The position numbers were made by a program, and so were the translations under genes. DNA of 62,629 nt, the filler included, from Globobulimina sp. (lineage: Eukaryota), in assembly GCA_003354225.1 (NCBI GenBank). It is 36 parts of 36 records of this genome, joined end to end, with 100 filler letters (N's around TTAATTAATTAA, not from the genome) between each part and the next. Parts side by side here need not be neighbours in the genome. Positions count along the whole stretch, not along the records: positions 1 to 1,643 come from PIVH01013710.1; positions 1,744 to 3,386 come from PIVH01013711.1; positions 3,487 to 5,129 come from PIVH01013712.1; positions 5,230 to 6,872 come from PIVH01013713.1; positions 6,973 to 8,615 come from PIVH01013714.1; positions 8,716 to 10,358 come from PIVH01013715.1; 30 more parts are not named here. The stretch is one strand, 5' to 3'. This document shows, one piece after another, positions 1-10,458 of this stretch (the stretch's first letter is position 1; each line of letters opens with the position of its first letter). The notes under the pieces were generated by a model. The model saw only the letters and a list, made by a program, of their open reading frames with translations. It made no database searches and had not been told where the DNA came from.

Positions 1-297
1 GCTTTTTTCTATTTTGTGGCGGGTTGTCAATATGCGCAGAGTTTCAACAGTTTGGGCAAGAGTTTGGATGTAGATTTAAGTTCATTTGGTGGCATTGTAT
101 GGACCGAAATGTTTTATATTGCTGCAATTTGCGCTGTTACAGGTATCAGTGAACAAAATACTGAAACAAAAAATGTTGAAACTTGACAGCTCACTGCTCA
201 GCGCTAACAGCGACATTTTTTGTTTTAACTTTTGTGAAATTGTAATTTTAAAGGAGTTGATTTATGGAAACAGTTTTTAAATAAAAGAGAGTACAGA

Positions 298-804
298 ATG
301 TATACATTATTGTCATTGTATGTATTTTGTTCAATTGTGTTAGCATTTAGTTATTTGGTTGCGAGTGGTGTTGGTATTCGATCGTATCAGTCTTTGGTGC
401 CTGTGGGTATTTTATATTTGCTCGGTTTTGTCATTGCTGTGGTATATTTGGTGTTTTTCCTTATGTCGAGGTTTATTTCGGAAGAATTTGTAATGAGACC
501 CACTTTGGATCGGTTGGAACCAATTTTTGATTTGGTTGGAGCAGTTTTATTGTTGATAATGATGATAATCACTGGCATTGCATATTGGAGCGGGAAACGC
601 AAAGTTGAATGGGAATATGTATATTATTTTGGTTTTGGATTGGTTATAATATTAATATCAATAATAATGACCTTTGATATGAAATTATGGGATTTATTTC
701 AAAGCTGCAGCTATGGCAAGGAAGATGAGGATAATATGGATAATATTCAACCCGAACAACAAGAAGAGGAACAACAAGAAGAGGAACAACAATATGGACA
801 ATAA
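298..804 (+). CDS. Small multi-pass membrane protein with acidic/Gln-rich tail
   Basis: 168-aa ATG ORF with about 4 hydrophobic segments and an EQQEEEQQ tail. No family recognised. Confidence 0.6.
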   Translation: MYTLLSLYVFCSIVLAFSYLVASGVGIRSYQSLVPVGILYLLGFVIAVVYLVFFLMSRFISEEFVMRPTLDRLEPIFDLVGAVLLLIMMIITGIAYWSGKRKVEWEYVYYFGFGLVIILISIIMTFDMKLWDLFQSCSYGKEDEDNMDNIQPEQQEEEQQEEEQQYGQ

Positions 805-1003
805 TTGATTGTTAAATTCAATATACTGTGAATTGTACATAGAATTTCGTGTTTCTACTTTCTAACACAAATAGTTTTTTTTGACTAGTCTTCTATTTTT
901 ATAGTCCGTACGATCTTTATTTACAGTTTATAGTCGACTTTTTCTCTAACAAATAATAACAATCCACAAAAGTTTTATTTAAGTTTTTGATCTCGAGTCC
1001 AAA

Positions 1004-1556
1004 ATGACATCGGCGCCACAAACAAAACGAGCGAATTCTGCAAAATCATTGAACGACGGCATGCCCAGAGCCAGAAATTTAACTGGACGGAGTAATTCAT
1101 GTCCCAAATTAACATATGATGATTGCCGTGAATTTGATTCATTTGCAGGAGAATGGGTAGATTCAAATGGAGAAACCGTCTCCATATCGCCATGGGGTGT
1201 CATCCGATACCCGATTAACCCCAAATTACTTAATCACAGATTTGAATCTACTTTCCTTGGACCACATCATTTATCTTTCGTGATTGATAAAGATGTAAAT
1301 AAAACAAAACGTGTTGGTAAATTGAGTCATGATAAACAAATATTAGTTTGGCAGGCTGACACAAAATGGGTTAAAAAAGGTATTTCTATATCATGCATAT
1401 CAACAAATTTGCGTATATTTATCTACGTATACATATGTACAAAAATATAATATAGGATCTAAATATGACCCAAGGTTTCAAAAGTTTGCTAATAAAAGCA
1501 AATGGAGATGTTTCTCGTCAGCAAAAATTAAAAGAAAATTAAAATATAAAAATTAA
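1004..1556 (+). CDS. Hypothetical protein, 2 exons (intron 1380..1455)
   Basis: Removing the 76-nt GT..AG intron continues the frame (KWVKKG-SKYDPRF...) to TAA at 1554-1556. Confidence 0.55.
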
Positions 1557-1643
1557 ATAAAAGAAAAGAAAAATTCATTCATTGTTCCAATTATAAACGA
1601 GCTTTTTTCAAATGAATTGTTTTTTTTTATGCATTTAACGGTT

Positions 1644-1743
1644 NNNNNNNNNNNNNNNNNNNNNNNNNNNNNNNNNNNNNNNNNNNNTTAATTAATTAAN
1701 NNNNNNNNNNNNNNNNNNNNNNNNNNNNNNNNNNNNNNNNNNN
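1644..1743. other. Artificial contig-joining linker (first of 35 identical linkers; the last is 60889..60988)
   Basis: 44 N + TTAATTAATTAA (stops in all six frames) + 44 N, recurring every 1741-1743 nt. Contig lengths fall monotonically from 1643 to 1641. Confidence 0.99.
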
Positions 1744-2173
1744 GCGCGCGCGCTGGCGTGGGGGGACGGAATGGTCCAATGAACGGCCAGAAACCGATTT
1801 TTTTTGCGGTTTTAGTCTGAGTTGAAAACCTACTATCATCAGGGCTATGAAATGAATTAACCATGTCTGACCATGTCTGACTCAACACGCAGTGGTTCGT
1901 AAGTGGTCTATGAATCATCATCTGCTCATGGTATGGTAATGGATTCGAAGGAGCCGTTCGAGCTTTCAAGTCTTTCAACAAAAATTGATTACATTGACCA
2001 TAACCTGCTGTATATGCTCATCGATTTTGTGTTGCATTCGAAAACTGTGCGAATAACTTTTATTCAAAATTCATGGACAATCGTCATAAAGAAAGTAAAA
2101 TAGAGTGTAAAAATCTAGAAATTATATCTAGCAAGTGTAACATTTTGGAGTTACACCCTGAAGTGGTTAAATA

Positions 2174-2773
2174 TCACGCTTTTTCACGTTGCTGTCGCCT
2201 GAAAGGACATCTATTTAATTTCAAGTGTTTAGTTTTACCATATTTGTGTTTGAATACGGCGTTGCAATTTTCACAGTGAAACACACCACAATACTCTGTG
2301 GTGGATCGAATCAGGGAATATTTTAGGGTATTGGGGCACAGTTCCATATTCACTTCAGGAAATTCAAGGAATTGTTCATCAGAAAGTTCTCCTTCGTGTG
2401 TTACTGCTTTTGTTTCTGGACTCCATATCTTGATGTTTCTTTTAAAAATAACATCCAATTCGGTTAGGTTAAGTTTTATATTATTTCCGTTCAAATTTGG
2501 TACATAAATTTTAGCCAGTCTTGTTAATTGATTAGCTTTGTTCGCGTGGCTTCCATAATATTTTAACTCTCCATCAAATTTCTCACGACATATTTCAAAT
2601 ATTCCCAGACATGAGAAAAATGATGAGATCGGGATTGAGGTCTTTTGTTGGAGCTTACCAATGATGAGGTTTTCTGAAAAGCGTTCTAAATATTAATCAC
2701 AGAACAATGCTAGATAGAAAAATTAAATAAATATCTCACTTTTGGATCGTTTTGGTTTTGAAGGAGCAGACAT
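2174..2773 (-). CDS. 181-aa protein with C-terminal CxxC..H..C zinc finger, 2 exons (intron 2686..2739)
   Basis: ATG at 2773. A 54-nt GTGAG..TTTAG intron joins MSAPSKPKRSK to an open 512-nt exon ending FHCENCNAVFKHKYGKTKHLKLNRC...TGA. Confidence 0.55.
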
Positions 2774-3797
2774 GATACTAGGTTTGGAGGACAGATTTTA
2801 ACCAAAAATCAACAATTTTATCTTTGATAACTCAATTTCCGATTACCTTTCATAAAATTTTCCAATTTCTTTAAGAAAGGATCCCCAACACACTACAGAG
2901 GTGTTTTTAAGAGGGTCAATACAGGCTTCTTTCACAGTCAAGATAAGAATTTTGCTTAAAACTTAGCACTCTTTGTAAAGTGAATGAATGGTTACAACCA
3001 AAATCTGAGAGTTTCACAGTTTTCATGACCGAGAGCGTACATACATACAAGGAAATTGTTTAATATTGTATTACTATCTACCCAAAAAATAATACCGAAT
3101 AATCTGTGTCTAACCAAAATACAGTTCCTATGCCTAAAAGATCAAAGCCTCGCACTTACTTACTTAAGCACTTTTTTATATTCCAATGGTATCAATGTTC
3201 TGTAATGTACTGAAAGGTTTGGCAAGAATTACATTGGGAGGTGAAGGATTTTTTGGGTGAGTCATCAACAGACATAACAATTCCCATAATCTAACTTGGC
3301 TACACCATATGAAACAAGCAGTAAACAATGACACATCAAAATCTGACCCAATTTGGTAATCGATTCTTATCTTGACTGTGAAAGAANNNNNNNNNNNNNN
3401 NNNNNNNNNNNNNNNNNNNNNNNNNNNNNNTTAATTAATTAANNNNNNNNNNNNNNNNNNNNNNNNNNNNNNNNNNNNNNNNNNNNGTCCATTGAGTAGC
3501 TGGTTAGAGAGTGTATTTTCAGATGAAATGCGTTGTAAATTTGTTGAGAGTAATTTTTTTGTTGAGTTAAGAAAACGTGAATTAACAATTTGTAAAACTA
3601 AATAATGATTTTATCACTTTTTAATTTAAATATTCTTTTTTTTTTGGTTTTGATTGTGGTCAATGTGGTGTCGTGAATTTTCTTTTAAAATAATTTTTGT
3701 TTGAACAAATCACGTTTTCTACAATCACTGTAAAGGGTGATGCAAAGAAGAAGAAGATGTTTCTTTATTAAAACACTAATGAAAAACAAATGTGAAT

Positions 3798-5129
3798 TCA
3801 GTTTAAATATGGTTTAATTGGTTGAATAGTAATATTTTTCGCATTGAATAAATACTTAATAATTGTCGACCATTTATGCTTTGTTTGGTGATGTTTCCTG
3901 TCATATTTTGCAATAATTATACTTTGCAAACAAATGCGATATTTTTCAATCAAATCCAATTTCTTTGTTTCATTCTGTTCCAATTGTAATTGCTTGCTTT
4001 GTCTTAATAATATTTGTGTTTCCAAACATTTTGAATCCAATTTTTGTAATATTTCAAACTTAAAAATCGATTCATTGTTAATTATTATCTTTGAGCCATA
4101 AACATGTTCCAAAATGGTGCTTAATTCCAATAACAATCTGTCATTCAGCAACTGCGCAATCAATGAATCCGCAAACATCTCTCGCATCAAATCGCCCTCT
4201 TCATTCTTGCTGTTATTCTGATTGTGATTTAGTTCCATAATTTTTAGCAATGAAACCGCATCAAAACAAATATGAATCAAAGCAATGGCATCTGGCGGCA
4301 ATGGCAAATTATTATTCTTATTCTCATCATTTTCATTATGCGTATTCTGGCCAAATAATAATAAGTGTCTCTTTGCTCTGTCATTCAGATTTTGAAAGAT
4401 CTTTTTCTTTTTTTTTGAGATATTTACTAAATTATCAATCTGCAAATGTTTGGAGTTGGAGTTGGAGGCAGAGCCGGAGCCAAATATCAGGTCTCTGAAA
4501 GCGTGGGAGCCCAAACTTTGTATCAATTTGGACCACGTCGCCAAGCGATTGCTATAAATGAAGGGCGACACATAAATGTTTGTATGAATGTCTTTGATCC
4601 AGCCATTGAATGAGGTGTCGAAGCATAGGCCGCCAATACGAATACGATCAAAATAGCGCTGATTTAACAAATTGTTGTTTCCATCTCCGATCACACTCAA
4701 AATATCGATATCTGCCTTTTTTTCGTCACTCTCACAAAATGTAAAAGATTTCAATGTTTCACTGTGTTGTTTCTGGAAATAATCCAAAAATTCCCTTTTG
4801 TGTTGCTGTGTGTCTTTGAGTTTCGAATCATTTGCAGTTTTAAAAAAGTAATCTCTTAATTTCTTGGCATCTTTCAAGTTTAAGTCGATTTTAATAGGAA
4901 AGAGGTTGATTTCTAAATGTTTATATCGCGTGATATTGTGAGATATTTTGTGGTTCTGTCCAAAGATTAGTTTGTTATTATTTATTGTATGCGGTTTGCC
5001 ATTATCTGCACGAATGGTTAACATTATTCGCCGTGATCTCTGTTTAAAATTCGAGTCAAATCGTCGCCATTCTTCAGGCTGCGGCTCAATCATTGTGCTG
5101 CTCACATATTCGCCTTCCAATTCGCATTC
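3798..5129 (-). CDS. BLTP2/FMP27/Hobbit/SABRE-family bulk lipid transfer protein, C-terminal (Apt1-like) part, 5'-truncated
   Basis: YKHLEINLFPIKIDL..LRDYFF and YFDRIRIG..SF.G..PFIYSNRLATWSKL resemble the family's C-terminal blocks. Confidence 0.65.
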   Translation of the reverse strand, partial: ECELEGEYVSSTMIEPQPEEWRRFDSNFKQRSRRIMLTIRADNGKPHTINNNKLIFGQNHKISHNITRYKHLEINLFPIKIDLNLKDAKKLRDYFFKTANDSKLKDTQQHKREFLDYFQKQHSETLKSFTFCESDEKKADIDILSVIGDGNNNLLNQRYFDRIRIGGLCFDTSFNGWIKDIHTNIYVSPFIYSNRLATWSKLIQSLGSHAFRDLIFGSGSASNSNSKHLQIDNLVNISKKKKKIFQNLNDRAKRHLLLFGQNTHNENDENKNNNLPLPPDAIALIHICFDAVSLLKIMELNHNQNNSKNEEGDLMREMFADSLIAQLLNDRLLLELSTILEHVYGSKIIINNESIFKFEILQKLDSKCLETQILLRQSKQLQLEQNETKKLDLIEKYRICLQSIIIAKYDRKHHQTKHKWSTIIKYLFNAKNITIQPIKPYLN

Positions 5130-5229
5130 NNNNNNNNNNNNNNNNNNNNNNNNNNNNNNNNNNNNNNNNNNNNTTAATTAATTAANNNNNNNNNNNNNNN
5201 NNNNNNNNNNNNNNNNNNNNNNNNNNNNN

Positions 5230-5576
5230 TTATTGATTACTTCCAAGTCGCCGTCATGCCCTACAACAATATGACAAATATCATCTAAATAATGTTTGTA
5301 AATTTCCACTAAAAACGCACTGAATATTGCCTGTCCGTTACTGTTCTCCTTCTCATTTTTTGTGTTATTTAAGCTTTCATAATATTTTAAGGCTTTCACC
5401 ACTCTTTGAACCGCTTTGCATTCACTCACTGCGCAGTTATTGCTGTCATTTATCTCGTCGTTTAAAAAGAAATTAAAATCACTGCTTGGTTTGCTTGTGG
5501 TTGTATGAGTAGTTACATTGTCTTCTGATGGTTTGGCTGTATTCTCGTTTGTGTGTCGTTGATGGCAATTCCCCAT
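5230..5576 (-). CDS. N-terminus of a lineage-expanded helical-module protein with MGNC acylation motif, 3'-truncated
   Basis: Module C..V.RV..AL.YY....F......Y...LDD..HI...H, also seen at 8716..8958 and 27889..28300. Confidence 0.55.
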
Positions 5577-5711
5577 CGCGAATTAATTCGTGGCCGGTCG
5601 AACGAAAGCAGTTCACATAAAAACCGAAGGTAATGTGGGAAAAATGTGAAGTTGGAGTTTAAAAAAAAATCGTAAGGAATTAAATAATAAAATACAAGAA
5701 AACAAATATAG

Positions 5712-6872
5712 TCATTGAACATCCATTGATATTATAAATTGTTGTAATTGGTTGGTTATATTATCAATATCCATTTGGAGAATATCGTCGATTAATTGGA
5801 TGTTTTGCTGTGCCCACTTTTGAATCGATTGTATAATTTTAAACAGACCAATTTGTTCATATATTTGCTTGCAAAGCGAATGGTGTTTTTCTTTAAAACG
5901 CAAAATATTCCGCATAATATCGATAACAAATTGCAATGTTTGTTTATCCTTAATTTTGTGAATAAAATTATTAAAAATTATGCGTAAAATACCATTCTCG
6001 ACCAGATATTTGCAGTATTTTCCAGTGTTAAGACAATTGGCGATGACCCACAATGCTTCCAAAGCAACGTCAAAGGCCTTATCTTTTTGTATAATGTCAA
6101 TTATTTTGAACAGCAAATTTGATTTAATAATCAATTCGGATTCGTTTAGCAGTGTAACCATAATATTTGAGATCAGCCAGCAACAATCTCTTCGATTATT
6201 TTTGTATTCAGAATGCAAACATTCATATAATTTATCCATTAATCCGTATTCTTTTTCAATTTCTTCAATTTCCGCCGCTCCCATATATCTTTGAACATTT
6301 CCAAAAGCCACAATTGCTGAATGTTGCACTGTGCCTTTGCAATCAGGAAAATTCAACAACGATATTAAGCGTTTTACAATATTGCAGTCGTCGCATTTTA
6401 ATGATTCTACTTTTTTGTCACTAAAAACCGCAAAAAATGTGTAACATTCTCTCACAATATCCGTCGGGATATCCTTTTCAACGTTGGCTCGTTTCACCAT
6501 TTTTGACATTGCGTTGTTAAAAAATGAGGCTTCTTCGGAGGATTTCTGTCTGTACCCATTTATTATTACATCTGTACATTGCGAATTACTTAAAATAACA
6601 TCCGAATCCAAGTCAAAATCCCTAAATAAATGGGCGTACGCCCAACAAATATTGCATAATACTTCAGAATCCTCGAAAAATAGCAACGTATGCAATGCTT
6701 TTAATATTTGGCTGACATATTCCCATTTGGACTGTGGATGCGTACGGCATAAACCACAGAGAGTCCATGTCGTGGAGCGTAATATTTTTATATTTTCGAG
6801 TGGCGAACAGCGGGGCAATAAATATTGCAGAATGTTGCAGGATAATAATTTGTCTCTGTATTCCAGGCAATC
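5712..6872 (-). CDS. Importin-alpha-like armadillo-repeat protein, 5'-truncated
   Basis: ARM repeats TWTLCGLCR..P, DSEVLCNICWAYAHL, RRDCCWLISNI, EALWVIAN. The frame is open to the contig edge (DCLEYRDKLL). Confidence 0.8.
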   Translation of the reverse strand, partial: DCLEYRDKLLSCNILQYLLPRCSPLENIKILRSTTWTLCGLCRTHPQSKWEYVSQILKALHTLLFFEDSEVLCNICWAYAHLFRDFDLDSDVILSNSQCTDVIINGYRQKSSEEASFFNNAMSKMVKRANVEKDIPTDIVRECYTFFAVFSDKKVESLKCDDCNIVKRLISLLNFPDCKGTVQHSAIVAFGNVQRYMGAAEIEEIEKEYGLMDKLYECLHSEYKNNRRDCCWLISNIMVTLLNESELIIKSNLLFKIIDIIQKDKAFDVALEALWVIANCLNTGKYCKYLVENGILRIIFNNFIHKIKDKQTLQFVIDIMRNILRFKEKHHSLCKQIYEQIGLFKIIQSIQKWAQQNIQLIDDILQMDIDNITNQLQQFIISMDVQ

Positions 6873-7136
6873 NNNNNNNNNNNNNNNNNNNNNNNNNNNN
6901 NNNNNNNNNNNNNNNNTTAATTAATTAANNNNNNNNNNNNNNNNNNNNNNNNNNNNNNNNNNNNNNNNNNNNATTAGTTCATTTGTTGCTTAGTATAAAT
7001 TAAATTGTACAAAATATTAAAAATCACAAAAAAAAAAAACACACCTACGTCGCGTTTATTAGTTTAATACAGACAAAAATATTAAAAAAAAGGCGCACAA
7101 AACCTTTTCACAAAAATAAATTATTAATTTTATTGT

Positions 7137-8095
7137 TTAAGTTCGTAATTGTTGTGCCTCAGAATCACTAAATACTTGAACTTTTCTATATTTATTTGAT
7201 TTTACACCTTTACAGCAATATAACCAGCTCATAACCGGTAAATTAAGCAATAATAACGCAATTATAAAAATGTCTTTGCCATTCAAATTCAAATTATTGG
7301 CACCAGTTTCACCGCCAACAAATCCATCTAAAAAATTACTACGACCCATTTCCGCCGGAAATCCTGGACCCACCGCACCGCCGTCCAATGCCGTAACTCT
7401 GCTCCGCAACCTATTCACCGTAGTCACGAGGGAGGCGAACGCAGCGGAACACTCTAAAAAGCCATCAATGTCAAACGAATCACAGTCGACCACACATAGC
7501 CCGCCCGTCGACTCATCGCATAAATGAAACTCACCACAATCTATCGGCGTACCTGCCACACATCCACCATTCTGACAGGTTTCGGCACCGTCACATACCG
7601 CGCCATTATCACACGATAATAAATCACACGCATCCCAACATAAAAAATTGTCATGCCAGGTATGAGGATCTGCGGATTCAATAATCTGAATACATGATTT
7701 ACCACTAATTGCGCCGGCCGAACTCCATGCGAAATGTAAGGGGGAATCAGGAGGAACACATAAAAAATTATCATGCCAAGTAGTCTCGCCTGGCTCTGCG
7801 GCTTCGATGATTTGGGTACAGGTCATACCACTTATGGCGCCCTTTAGATATATATTTAATATTTATATAAAAAAAAGAAGTTTAGATATTAATATAACTG
7901 AACTGCACTACTCCATTTCATACCAAAATCTGTATCTGAGCATAAAAAATTATCCAACCAAGTTCCTGCTGTATCTGCGGCTTCGATGATTTGAACACAG
8001 ACTTTACCCGCTACTGCACCTGCGGATGACCAATAAAATGGCTGTGCACTGCTTTGCCTAAAAATATACGTCAAAGAAATGAGCACGGCCCACAT
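7137..8095 (-). CDS. Type I membrane protein: signal peptide, 3 WSSAG..C.QI.E..TW.DNFLC repeats, Cys-rich module, TM helix (intron 7842..7903)
   Basis: A 62-nt GT..AG intron joins ORFs 7889..8095 and 7137..7826 exactly inside a repeat (WSSA|GAISG). Confidence 0.8.
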
Positions 8096-8715
8096 TTTTG
8101 TCTCGTCGAAGGAGTATTTGTGTAAGAAAGAGTCAGTAATTTCGGTTAAGCAGCTTAATTATCGTTTTTGTCAAGTCGAACAGAAAGATTTATTTAAGAT
8201 TTTTTTCGAACTTGTACGAATGCTCACAAATTCATAAATAGTGATTGGGATGATTAATATGAGGAAAGTGAGTATATATAAATATTATTTAGAATAGCTA
8301 GCTATCATTTTCTTTTCTTTTTGTAATATACCATTATTAATAATTATTTTAAACTGTCGTCAATACTTCAAAACACTAAGAAATCTCTTCCCCCCCTCAA
8401 GAACAATCCTCGAATGCTATCATCTTACTTTGTTATATTTCATATCTTATTATATATACTTGTTGCAGCCTCAAAATGTAAAGTCTTGCTCTTCGCCTTT
8501 GTTCTTACAAATGAGTGTAAAACTGCAATACTAAATTTGATGATAAATACAATAAATATATATAGATAAAAAATAAAATAAACTCCTCCAAAAATTGCTT
8601 AAAAAATTGGAAATGNNNNNNNNNNNNNNNNNNNNNNNNNNNNNNNNNNNNNNNNNNNNTTAATTAATTAANNNNNNNNNNNNNNNNNNNNNNNNNNNNN
8701 NNNNNNNNNNNNNNN

Positions 8716-8958
8716 TGAATTACTGCAAAACTCAATCAATATTTGCTGCGCATTCAAATCACTCTCTTTCTGACATAATAAGTGATAATATCGCAAACAA
8801 TATGCAATTCGCAATAAATGGTCGCAATTCTTTATCACTTCATCTTCGTTATCATCAACATTACAGTTTGTTGTGTCTGTTTTGAATATTTGAAAATCAG
8901 ACTTCTCTGTTTCAGTCGCTATGGCTTTGTCTTTTATGATGGCTTCTTTGTTTGCCAT
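8716..8958 (-). CDS. N-terminus of a lineage-expanded helical-module protein, 3'-truncated
   Basis: NCDHLLRIAYCLRYY..ILIEFC matches the module at 5230..5576. Confidence 0.5.
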
Positions 8959-9625
8959 TTTTTAAAATGAAAATCCGCGTTTCTGTATAACACAAAACAA
9001 AACAAAATTAAATGAAAGGTGTTTTGACTGAGAAAGCTTTGATATTATTAATGGTTGTTTGGGCTTATTATTTTGAGTGAGTTTGTTAATGTTTTTGAGG
9101 TAGATATCAATGTAAAACATTGAACACGTTCTTTGTATATTTGCTACCTCAAAAACGAAAATCGCATTATACGCATTCGTATCATTGGATATATTCTTTT
9201 GCGTATTTGTTGCACATCACTCACCATAATAAACTCACAAATAATATCATTGAAAATGGATATGGGATTTCATAAAATAAGCAATGAGCGAGATGCTGTT
9301 TGTCACGGTTTCAAACTCAAAAAATATGTGTGAAAATGCGCAATTTCCCCTTAACATCGTCCATTACTTATTTTATGAAATGCTCTTTCTTTGTTGAAAT
9401 ACATCAATATTAATTGTGTGTGGTCGTGGGATGCGATTAAATCTAATTCAGAATTCTGATCGATATTAAATTTGTCACCTTTGACTGTGTTGGAATTTGA
9501 TTGTTTTTGTGGGATGGCGTAGCGTATAATAATAAGGGATGGCGTAGCGTATAAACACTTGCCAAAGTTTTTTGGTGGACTGAGTTTGTGAGAATATTAA
9601 TGCGGTCGTTGCTTCCTTTAAGAAA

Positions 9626-10358
9626 ATGAGGTTTGGGAAAGAATTGAAAGCCTCCATGGTTCAGGCATGGCGAAATAAGTACGTTCGTTATGCGGAGATC
9701 AAAGCAAAACTGAAGGAACTCAAGAAATTATACGAAGAACACAATATTGCATTGAACAATGACAAGAATTTAAATAATTCAAACTATGAAATTAAAGTCG
9801 GACAGGAAACATTCGCCAAATTGACACATGACTCAACAATACCAAACATGGGCGAATTGCTGATCAAGTTTGAGGATGAAATGGACGATGAGAGCAAAAA
9901 AAGGAAATATGGATTCAACAAAGTAACATCTGTCATGGAGCCCAATTTAGAGAGAAAAATGCCAATTTTTGATGTCAAATTACAAGATATTAAATTCAAA
10001 GAAAAAGAGATTGCCGTGTTACTGGAACAGGATGTATAAAGTGTCAAATTTTTATGCGCAGCAATGCAGATATTTTGGTGCGCACTGCCTCCCATTTTCT
10101 GCCTAATATTATATTATATTGATATCAATGCACATTTGATTTGTAGGGGAACAGCACAATGCGTTATGCGTTCGGGTGGAATTATTGTATGAATTGGAAG
10201 CAGCCTCTGTTGATTGCGTCGATTCCGACGACGAGAAATCAGAGAGAAACGAGAAGCAAATTGCAAATATAAGAAAGGAGAAGTCGTATTTACGTCTGTT
10301 GTTTCGTCAGATTTATAATGCAATTCGCATGTTGGAGCAGTACAGAAAAATCAACGAA
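9626..10358 (+). CDS. SPX-domain protein (phosphate signalling/transport), with a frameshift at about 10037, intron 10078..10146, 3'-truncated
   Basis: MRFGKEL..W..KYVRY..IK (SPX helix 1). KVSNFY lies in the +1 frame after TAA 10037-10039. L..Y...N marks SPX C-terminal helices. Confidence 0.8.
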
Positions 10359-10458
10359 NNNNNNNNNNNNNNNNNNNNNNNNNNNNNNNNNNNNNNNNNN
10401 NNTTAATTAATTAANNNNNNNNNNNNNNNNNNNNNNNNNNNNNNNNNNNNNNNNNNNN

